From an uncultured delta proteobacterium (GTDB lineage: Bacteria > Desulfobacterota > RBG-13-43-22): DNA of 14,674 nt. The notes under the pieces were generated by a model that was not told the DNA's origin, made no database searches, and saw only the letters and a program-made list of their open reading frames with translations. The DNA lies in the NCBI GenBank assembly GCA_963843145.1, contig CAWJJC010000007.1, positions 1 through 14,674 of the forward strand. Direction: 5' to 3'. The translations under genes were made by a program, and so were the position numbers. Of this stretch, positions 1 to 6,299 are shown piece after piece (the first letter of the stretch is position 1; every line of letters begins with the position of its first letter).

Positions 1-12
1 CAACAGTCTCAT
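1..12 (-). CDS. Possible start of a gene running off the left edge (M-R-L-L...)
   Basis: Minus strand reads AGGGAG (25..20), 7 nt, then ATG AGA CTG TTG (12..1). Only 4 codons are visible. Confidence 0.3.
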
Positions 13-39
13 CAGTAATCTCCCTGAGATTCTATTTTA

Positions 40-516
40 TTGCGAGTTATATATTACCAAAAAAAAGACCTGATTGAATGGTTTGAATACAATTGCCGGT
101 CCTTACTCAAACACAAGCTGGTCTGCACCGGAACGACGGGGAGGTTGATCGAGGAGGCCCTTCAGTCGAAATTGGGCGACGAAGAAGTGGATTGTCAGAT
201 AGTGAAATTGAAATCAGGCCCTTTAGGAGGCGACCAGCAGTTGGGCGCCCTGATTACTGAAGGTCAGATTGATATGGTTATTTTTTTATGGGACCCCATG
301 CAGCCGCATCCCCACGATGTGGACGTGAAGGCCTTGCTGCGGATTGCGGTCCTTTACAATGTGCCGATCGCCTGTAACCGGGCCACCGCCGATTTTATCA
401 TGTCGTCGCCGTTAATGGAGGAACGATACGCCCCGGTCAAAAAGGATTTTGAGTCCTATATTAAGAGAGACGTAGACCTGGGACAGGTACCCGGCGAGGA
501 ATTGCAAGCCCAATAA
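40..516 (+). CDS. mgsA: Methylglyoxal synthase, apparently lacking its N-terminal IAL(I/V)AHD segment (possibly disrupted)
   Basis: MgsA motifs CTGTTG, SGPLGGDQQLG, FLWDPMQPHPHDVDVKALLR, YNVPIACNRATAD. Similarity begins only at about KKDLIEW (nt ~61-64). The TTG start at 40 has no SD and no AHD motif is encoded. Confidence 0.9.
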   Translation: MRVIYYQKKDLIEWFEYNCRSLLKHKLVCTGTTGRLIEEALQSKLGDEEVDCQIVKLKSGPLGGDQQLGALITEGQIDMVIFLWDPMQPHPHDVDVKALLRIAVLYNVPIACNRATADFIMSSPLMEERYAPVKKDFESYIKRDVDLGQVPGEELQAQ

Positions 517-731
517 GCCGGAACCCTTATCCCAAGAAATTCCTGGGAATACAAGCCTCGGTGGAAGCGATGGGGACTCTGGGGACCGGCAGGCACGGGG
601 TTCTTGATCAACCCAAACCCTTGGCACACCGGACAACATTGAAACCTCGGATCTTCTATATAACCTTGGCCGTAACAGCGAGAACAAAAGACCATACCGA
701 TCCTTTTCGGATCAAAAGAGTTCCCTTCCAT
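456..731 (-). CDS. Small protein with two CxxCxGxG repeats (DnaJ-type zinc finger), 91 aa
   Basis: CSRCYGQG and CPVCQGFG motifs. AGGAGG SD (743..738) precedes ATG at 731. The 3' end overlaps mgsA antisense by ~60 nt. Confidence 0.65.
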   Translation of the reverse strand: MEGNSFDPKRIGMVFCSRCYGQGYIEDPRFQCCPVCQGFGLIKNPVPAGPQSPHRFHRGLYSQEFLGIRVPAYWACNSSPGTCPRSTSLLI

Positions 732-811
732 TGCTTTCCTCCTGAAGCCTTTCTCCAATTCACTCAGTGGATTATATCTGGATCAACACGGTCAGCCGGA
801 TTCTTATGAAT

Positions 812-867
812 ACGGTAGAGGAAGAATGTGGCGGGAGGATGACCGGCAGATAAAAATTCGATTACAC
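812..867 (-). promoter_or_regulatory. Pho-box-like promoter (4 heptamers, 11-bp phase) for the 731 zinc-finger gene
   Basis: GTGTAAT-cgaa-TTTTTAT-ctgc-CGGTCAT-cctc-CCGCCAC-10 nt-TACCGT. 47/56 identical to 4357..4412. Confidence 0.65.
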
Positions 868-881
868 GGGGTGTTCTTTTT

Positions 882-1047
882 TTTCTCGCCCGCTTCGCTC
901 GAGTTCGCCGAGGGCGCAGAGAAAGACCAAGTTATTTTTTGAAAAATCGCTGAGAAGCCGCTTTTTCAAAAGAACTCACGCCTCCCGCGGGGTCAGCGGC
1001 AATCAAAAATTAGCTATTCTCAGCGATCTCTGGCGCTTGGAGAGAAA
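882..1047. repeat. Nested imperfect palindromic (REP/MITE-like) element
   Basis: Terminal TTTCTC/GAGAAA. Inner cgccgagggcgcagagaa (~906-923) pairs with ttctcagcgatctctggcg (~1017-1035). Internal IR ttttgaaaaa (937-946) / tttttcaaaa (962-971). Contains cgcttcgctc. Confidence 0.55.
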
Positions 1048-1131
1048 TCGTCTTTTGTCTTTGGTCGTGGTAAGGCGTTTGGCCCGGTTGGGAAAAGGTC
1101 TGTTGGCTGAAAGGGTAGTCAAGCCCTAATC

Positions 1132-1482
1132 TCAGGCAATCTCCCGCTCACTGACGATTTCCTGTTTGATGGCAGATAGCAGCGATTCAAAAACCGGGAG
1201 CACGTCCGTCCGGAATCGTCCGGCCACCAGGAGCAGCATGATGTCGTCCCCCACCTTCAGGTCTCCCCGGTTGATCCAGACCTTGATCTCCAATATCCCG
1301 TCTTTCTTCATTTGTTCGGAAACGACGGTCTTGAGCTTCTCCTCATCATAGGAAAGGTTCATCCCGCGCACCGGGTGGCCGTGTTTGGAGGTGGCCCGAA
1401 CGATGCCGTTATGGACCAGGATCATCCCCAAACCCTCGGGGTCCGCTTTCTTCTTCACTTCAGCCAGCCATTGCTCGATCAT
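1132..1482 (-). CDS. moaE: Molybdopterin synthase catalytic subunit MoaE-like protein
   Basis: GMILVHNGIVR and INRGDLKVGDDIMLLLVAGRFRTDV are typical of short MoaE-family proteins. 116 aa. Confidence 0.85.
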   Translation of the reverse strand: MIEQWLAEVKKKADPEGLGMILVHNGIVRATSKHGHPVRGMNLSYDEEKLKTVVSEQMKKDGILEIKVWINRGDLKVGDDIMLLLVAGRFRTDVLPVFESLLSAIKQEIVSEREIA

Positions 1483-1514
1483 GTCGACCCTACTAATGGT
1501 TTAGATCGGAGATA

Positions 1515-1766
1515 CTAAGCGGCTTTCACCTCTACCCGGTAGCCGAGGCTTGACAGAAAGTCATAACAATCTTCCCAAGTCAAACCAAAAGCTTTTACAT
1601 CTGCTACGCCAATGCGGGCAATTATGTTCCGCAGGGTGGGCGCATCCTTTGGATCAAACACCTCTTCATTCATCACCTGCTCTGCCCAATCGACCAGTTG
1701 GGCAAGAGTAATCCTGTGATTGAGGTAGGCAACCAATTGATCACGTACCGTTTGACGTTGAATCAT
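1515..1766 (-). CDS. Hypothetical protein, 83 aa
   Basis: GGAG SD upstream of ATG. Globular, helical-looking sequence (ITLAQLVDWAE...GLTWEDC). Co-oriented with moaE, 32 nt gap. Confidence 0.75.
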   Translation of the reverse strand: MIQRQTVRDQLVAYLNHRITLAQLVDWAEQVMNEEVFDPKDAPTLRNIIARIGVADVKAFGLTWEDCYDFLSSLGYRVEVKAA

Positions 1767-1769
1767 GAC

Positions 1770-1859
1770 TCAGACTCCATCGATCCAGTATCTTCGTCCA
1801 TCTGAGGGGAAATCTTCCCAGTTAGGGAATTTACTCTCGTTAGCGGTGCGAGTAGTCAT
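1770..1859 (-). pseudogene. 29-aa ORF resembling the N-terminus of a Uma2 (DUF820) family endonuclease
   Basis: MTTRTANESKFPNWEDFPSDGRRYWIDGV* resembles the Uma2 start 'EDxxxxPDDGxRYELIDG'. It ends 3 nt before the next ATG. Confidence 0.4.
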
Positions 1860-1894
1860 GGATGGTGTTGGAAAATAGTTTATACCTTAGAAGA

Positions 1895-1924
1895 ATTATA
1901 TACCCCGGTAGGGTAAAAAATCAA
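1895..1924 (-). promoter_or_regulatory. Sigma70 promoter with a CsoR/RcnR-family-like operator in the spacer
   Basis: TTGATT-N18-TATAAT on the minus strand. The spacer holds the pseudo-palindrome ATACCCCGGTAGGGTAA (1900-1916). Confidence 0.6.
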
Positions 1925-2157
1925 ACTATATTGGGGCCACGGATCGGCCAACACCTGAGATTATTGGGAATAGAGGCTGTTATTACCGGCGGACTTCATC
2001 TCCGAGAGGGTTCGGGTTACCCAGCTCCAGCAAGAGGCGGTCCGCCTCAGTCGAATCGATCCGGTAAGGCCCTTGGGCTTTATCAATACAGGGATGATAA
2101 TCTGCTAATAATCCTCGCTCTGCCGGCCGAGGCGCGTCTTTTCATTCACTATTAATT

Positions 2158-2188
2158 GAGGAAACCCGCGGGTCTCGCGGGTTTCCTC
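2158..2188. terminator. Strong hairpin, likely terminator downstream of the phosphoesterase gene
   Basis: 13-bp perfect stem gaggaaacccgcg / cgcgggtttcctc with a 5-nt loop, ~50 nt after the stop at 2240. The U-tract is weak on the minus strand and short on the plus strand. Confidence 0.65.
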
Positions 2189-2239
2189 GTTTTGCCGGCT
2201 TTTGAATGCTATCTCTGTCGATCCATTCGCCTTGTCGGG

Positions 2240-4120
2240 TTATCTTTTCCCGAAATGTCTAAAACCGGCTACGGCGAAATCGCCACCGTAGTTAACAACC
2301 GCCCAGGCAGTGTGTTTTTTCAGGTCGATACCATAGGTGCCGAGACCGTAGCTCGAGTTGTATGGCCCTAGGACGAATTTCTTGACGCTGCCGTCACCGA
2401 AATTCATATCCACGGCGTTGACCCAGTTACCGTTCTCATCCGGGGCGGCCAGGCCTAACAAGCCGTGTCCGAATTGAACCGGGAGCAAGCGATGGTGATC
2501 GTAGCTCATGGAGAGGACATACGTATCGGTCTTCTCGGCGCCGAGGTCGGCCATGCCCCACAAGGTCAGAATGTCGCTTTCGGGATCATCACATTTCTTC
2601 CGCGTCCCGTTATTCTTAGGTGCCCAGCCGGTGTTGACGGCTTTTTCGGTCGCCTTCCCGTAGTTGGTCGTGGCCGTGCTTCCGTTAATGCCGTCGAGGA
2701 TGGCCATGGAGGTGCCGACAAACCCGCGTTCCATATGGGCGGCCACCTTTGTATCATCGGTCATGGCGTAGGACGCGCCTTGAGCAACGAGGTTCTCTGT
2801 ACCGTTCAAGCTGTAGCCTGTGGTGGACCGCTTGACGAAGTGGAGGGTGGGGGTAGTCCCGAGGGGAAAGTTGACGAGGTCTAAGTTAAAATAAGGGAAT
2901 TTACCGTCCGACTGCCAGTTGCCGTGATCGTCGGCATAGTAGTCGATGGTCACGCGCGGGCCGTCCACGGTGAAGATGTAATATCCAACACGTGCGAGGT
3001 CCTGTTCAACCGGGGCATCATTGCCCGAAGCGGGTAAACCCGGGGTATAGAACTTGGAGCTATCAGACTGGGTGATGAGCTGATGAACCTTGCTCAGTCC
3101 ATCGGGGCTCGTAACCACTGAATTGTAATGGTGGTGATCGTGGCCGGAAATCACGTACTTAACATTGTTGGCCTGCATCGAGTCGAGGAAGGTGTTCATG
3201 GCAGACTGCTTGCCACCAACAGTGAGCCCTGGGGTGTTGGTAATCACCGTGTCGGGATCAAGCCCATAGCCGTCACCGGGATCGTTGTTAGCGTTTCCAC
3301 CGAACATATTGTCCTTGTGGTTGCCGCCCAGGATGTTCTTGTGGGTAAAGGCGAAGGCGTGGGTGTTGGCCGGACGGCCGGAGAGGGTGCTTTCGATCCA
3401 CGACTGCTGATCGGGGATGTAGCTGGTGTAGTAATCGGGGGATTTGAACTGGTCGAGCAGCATGAAGGTCACGTTTTTATAGTCGAAGGCGTATGAGACG
3501 CCGCCGGTGTAAGCGTTGACGCTGTCGGGTGCGGAGAAGTGGCTGCCCACCTTGAATGTTTTTTGTTTGGCCTTGTCCGCCGGTGGATTGCCAGTGATGG
3601 GGTCCAGGTCGGCGGAAGGGATGAGGGCCGTATTGATGTCGCCCGGGGTGTTGTTATTTACACCGGCGTAGGAGTCAGGCACGATCTGGGGGTAGGCATG
3701 CTCATAATCATCGCCAGAACCCGTGTAGGTTCCGTGGGCGGCCTCGTGGTTGCCGCGCAGCGGGTAAAAGCCGATGCCCGCATTGTACAGGTCCTGGGCG
3801 TAGAGCGCCCGGGTGTAGTCATTGACCTGGCTGCCCGAGTCCACCATGTCGCCGACGTGGACGACGAGTTTGACGCCCTGGGCGATGAACTGCTGATCCA
3901 CCTGTTTGATGATGTCGGCGGCGCAGGTATTCGGGTTCTTACCGTCATCCGCTATGGTCCACTGGGTGTCCGAGATGACGCCGAAACTCCATGGTTCTCC
4001 GGATGCCGGTCCCGCTGTAATTTTTTGTAATGAACATGCTTCCGCGGATGTCGACCCCACCGCGATGAGAATCGCGAGCAGCAGGGCCAACGGTGTTTTG
4101 GACCAAAGTATTTTCTTCAT
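2240..4120 (-). CDS. Secreted calcineurin-like metallophosphoesterase (phosphatase-like), 626 aa
   Basis: Signal peptide (MKKILWSKTPLALLLAILIAVGSTSAEA). Metallophos motifs SDTQ, HVGDMVD, LRGNHE, FTHKN, ISGHDHHH. Extra C-terminal domain. AAAGGA SD. Confidence 0.9.
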   Translation of the reverse strand: MKKILWSKTPLALLLAILIAVGSTSAEACSLQKITAGPASGEPWSFGVISDTQWTIADDGKNPNTCAADIIKQVDQQFIAQGVKLVVHVGDMVDSGSQVNDYTRALYAQDLYNAGIGFYPLRGNHEAAHGTYTGSGDDYEHAYPQIVPDSYAGVNNNTPGDINTALIPSADLDPITGNPPADKAKQKTFKVGSHFSAPDSVNAYTGGVSYAFDYKNVTFMLLDQFKSPDYYTSYIPDQQSWIESTLSGRPANTHAFAFTHKNILGGNHKDNMFGGNANNDPGDGYGLDPDTVITNTPGLTVGGKQSAMNTFLDSMQANNVKYVISGHDHHHYNSVVTSPDGLSKVHQLITQSDSSKFYTPGLPASGNDAPVEQDLARVGYYIFTVDGPRVTIDYYADDHGNWQSDGKFPYFNLDLVNFPLGTTPTLHFVKRSTTGYSLNGTENLVAQGASYAMTDDTKVAAHMERGFVGTSMAILDGINGSTATTNYGKATEKAVNTGWAPKNNGTRKKCDDPESDILTLWGMADLGAEKTDTYVLSMSYDHHRLLPVQFGHGLLGLAAPDENGNWVNAVDMNFGDGSVKKFVLGPYNSSYGLGTYGIDLKKHTAWAVVNYGGDFAVAGFRHFGKR

Positions 4121-4356
4121 CTTATTTTCCTTTCAAAATTCTTTTAGATTTTAGAATGTTGTCTGTTCTACTAAACATTTCCGTAAATAATTTAGTGTTC
4201 TTGGACAAGAAAACCTGTCTTACCCGTTGAGTTCGTTTCGCGAAAAGCCTCACCTCCTTCACGCTTCCCTGCGGATTATTTTTTTTGAGAAGATGTTTTT
4301 AAAGCCGAGGGGATTATTAAGTTCGAATCACCTCGGTGACCCGAACGCTGGGGAGT

Positions 4357-4412
4357 ACCATAGCGGAGGAATGTAACGGGAGGATGACCGGCAAATAAAA
4401 ATTCAATTACAG
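4357..4412 (-). promoter_or_regulatory. Pho-box-like promoter (4 heptamers) for the metallophosphoesterase
   Basis: CTGTAAT-tgaa-TTTTTAT-ttgc-CGGTCAT-cctc-CCGTTAC-10 nt-TATGGT. Confidence 0.7.
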
Positions 4413-4474
4413 GGAAGGAAATGATCCCCGGGAGGGGAATTCAGTTTTCGTTAAGCTTTCGGAAAGGTTGCAGG

Positions 4475-4612
4475 GTGCAAAATCGAAGAAAGTCGGCCAG
4501 GATGAAATTTTGGTTAACAAACCATTATCTGATCATCATCCAATTGGCGGGGATGGCTTCGTCGCTTCACTCCTCGCAATGACAGCCCGGGGGACTTTCT
4601 GCGAGTCCGTCA
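4475..4612. mobile_element. Degenerate MITE-like element carrying half of a REP-like palindrome
   Basis: Inverted ends tcgaagaaagtc (4483-4494) / gactttctgcga (4593-4604), 11/12 match. Internal gcttcgtcgcttcactcctcgcaatgaca. Confidence 0.45.
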
Positions 4613-4637
4613 CCAATGAACCCTTAAAAAAACCTTT

Positions 4638-4671
4638 CCTTCATATTCCTGTAACGCTTCCCGAGTAAATT
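4638..4671 (+). promoter_or_regulatory. Pho-box-like promoter (2 heptamers) facing ORF 4943
   Basis: CCTTCAT-attc-CTGTAAC-10 nt-TAAATT. Confidence 0.6.
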
Positions 4672-4713
4672 CGTATTCAGATCAAGTGGCGATACCCTAC
4701 GCGGGGTTTACCT

Positions 4714-4878
4714 TCACCCTGATCCTGAAGGGGGTTCACCTTGAAGGCAAAGACGAGACCCTTCATTTCACTCAGGGTGACAAGCTGGCAAAGAGCTCAG
4801 AATGACGATAAGCGAAGGATCCAGAGTGACAAACTGGGGGAAGGTTCGGGGTGACAGCAGACCGCAGGGATCAGGACA
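4714..4878. repeat. REP-like palindrome followed by a 24-25-nt tandem array
   Basis: IR tcaccctga (4714-4722) / tcagggtga (4772-4780). TGAC cores at 4778, 4803, 4827 and 4852, consensus ~GCGAAGGGCTCAGrGTGACA, plus a degenerate fifth unit. Confidence 0.65.
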
Positions 4879-4942
4879 AGATACCGTAATAATGTAATAA
4901 GAAAACGAATACGTTTAAATAATTAACGAAGGTGAGGCACTA

Positions 4943-5230
4943 ATGTTTTGTAAAAGGCTAAAAGCCACGATGAAAGTCGGCACCTGCCAAAAGCGACAGG
5001 AAAGGGCCCTTCGCGATTTAAGTTATGAGGTTTGCCGTGATTGCCCGCAGATTTTGAAGGTCAACGCCGGGAAAGAATCGGACCGGGATGTGAACCGGAT
5101 TATCAAGGAATTGGCTGGGTCCCCGCCCCTGCCGGTATTTTACCACTGGGCGTCTGCCCAGGCCGGGAGACCCAAGCCCAATAATTGTTTTAGGAAAAAA
5201 AGACAACCCGGCGGGCAGAGGAACGATTGA
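4943..5230 (+). CDS. Hypothetical small basic protein with four Cys (possible zinc binding), 95 aa
   Basis: AAGGTGAGG SD before ATG. C3, C15 and CRDC pattern. Confidence 0.65.
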   Translation: MFCKRLKATMKVGTCQKRQERALRDLSYEVCRDCPQILKVNAGKESDRDVNRIIKELAGSPPLPVFYHWASAQAGRPKPNNCFRKKRQPGGQRND

Positions 5231-5375
5231 ACAAAACCTGGAAGGGGTCCATTCAAATAAAAGGCGATTCCCCCTTTGAGCTAGGTAACCCACCAATTTG
5301 GTGAGGCTGCCGGGTCTGGGAGAAAGGGTTTTCCAAAGGTACTCCGGACTTCTTAGCCGGGCCTAGCAGATTACC

Positions 5376-5404
5376 AAAAAAAGATGCCCCGGATACCGGG
5401 GCAT
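5376..5404 (-). terminator. Rho-independent terminator after the HMA2-like gene
   Basis: Minus strand ATGCCCCGG-TAT-CCGGGGCAT-C-TTTTTTT. Confidence 0.85.
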
Positions 5405-5443
5405 GAAGGAGGGTTGAGACAAGAAAAGAGCCTTGGGGGATTA

Positions 5444-5815
5444 TTACATCAAAACGGAGACAAAGGATATCGGCGTACCGGCCAGGGCCACATCGACAAA
5501 AGAGCCGAAAAAGGCCTTCCAGACGATTTCTCCGGCCGTCGAAATGGCCCCCTGAATATATTCGTCGTGGGTTTTGGCTTTGGCCGGATTGAAATGTCCA
5601 ATATCGGTCAACCGGGAGATGATTTCCTGATCGGTTACCATCCGGGAGTCATAGTTGACTACCACGCTGCCGGTCAGGGTACTGACCGAGGTGGATTTAA
5701 TACCTTCCATTTCCTTCAGAAGATTTTCCACCACCACCGCTTCCGTCTGATTGTTTTTAATCGAGGGCGATTTGATACGCAGTCGGCCAGGAACTTGATG
5801 GACGTAGTAGCTCAT
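5444..5815 (-). CDS. HMA2 (heavy-metal-associated-like) domain protein, 123 aa
   Basis: YYVHQVPGRLRIK...GIKSTSVSTLTGSVVVNYD signature. AGGAGG SD. Hydrophobic C-terminus. Confidence 0.8.
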   Translation of the reverse strand: MSYYVHQVPGRLRIKSPSIKNNQTEAVVVENLLKEMEGIKSTSVSTLTGSVVVNYDSRMVTDQEIISRLTDIGHFNPAKAKTHDEYIQGAISTAGEIVWKAFFGSFVDVALAGTPISFVSVLM

Positions 5816-6107
5816 TGTAGCACATTCCTCCTTTAAGGAACATTTTGAGATAGTGGCGGCAGTCGGGATAGCCGGAACAACGGAACCGGATCACCCGGGG
5901 ATAACGGCGATAGACGTGCATGGGCCGGCCGCATGCCGGGCAGGTCGGTTTCTCCTTCATCGATACCCTTTCCGGGTCGAGGACAAATTGCCTCCCGCAG
6001 ACCAGGCAGAAGTAACGCTGTTTCTTGTTCCAGGTCTTTCCATAGCGATAGATAGCCTCTGACTCGCAGTGGGGACATCGAATTGGAGTAGTATCGCTAT
6101 CAAGCAT
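5757..6107 (-). CDS. Double zinc-ribbon protein (InsA/IS1-type ribbon plus topoisomerase-type C4 finger), no DDE domain, 116 aa
   Basis: CPHC...YRYGK...QRYFCLVCGRQF and CPACGRPM...FRCSGYPDC. ATG at 6107 chosen because it lies 6 nt after a -10 element. Confidence 0.75.
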   Translation of the reverse strand: MLDSDTTPIRCPHCESEAIYRYGKTWNKKQRYFCLVCGRQFVLDPERVSMKEKPTCPACGRPMHVYRRYPRVIRFRCSGYPDCRHYLKMFLKGGMCYNELLRPSSSWPTAYQIALD

Positions 6108-6113
6108 GACCCC

Positions 6114-6169
6114 AAGATATAGTAGGAATGTGACAGTTTGATGAAGGAAATCTATCGATTTCGTTAAAT
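6114..6169 (-). promoter_or_regulatory. Pho-box-like promoter predicting a leaderless transcript
   Basis: ATTTAAC-gaaa-TCGATAG-attt-CCTTCAT-caaa-CTGTCAC-10 nt-TATCTT-6 nt-ATG. Confidence 0.75.
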
Positions 6170-6197
6170 AATTCTTCAAAAATAACAAAATATTAAG

Positions 6198-6253
6198 AAG
6201 TTATCTAATTTTCACCTCCGCACCATCAAATTGCCACGCAGTTTCGGTAAACC
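6198..6253 (+). promoter_or_regulatory. Pho-box-like promoter for the olsF-like gene
   Basis: AAGTTAT-ctaa-TTTTCAC-ctcc-GCACCAT-caaa-TTGCCAC-10 nt-TAAACC (imperfect -10). Confidence 0.55.
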
Positions 6254-6299
6254 ATTTATCCAGAAACTGGCTGTAAACCTAAAAAAAAGGAGGTAGGTC

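Noticed and set aside
1862-2155. 97-aa plus ORF or structured RNA at 1983-2067
   Set aside because: No recognisable motif, overlaps a minus-strand promoter, and only short inverted repeats are present.
2465-4154. Plus-strand and alternate-frame ORFs inside the phosphoesterase
   Set aside because: Shadow ORFs caused by GC-rich codon usage.
4771-4878. Tandem array as a CRISPR
   Set aside because: Period is only 24-25 nt, units are degenerate, there are no spacer-length unique segments and no cas genes.
5757-6188. Active IS1-family element, and the longer 143-aa ORF start
   Set aside because: No InsB/DDE domain or terminal repeats seen. The extra 27 codons run through the promoter boxes.
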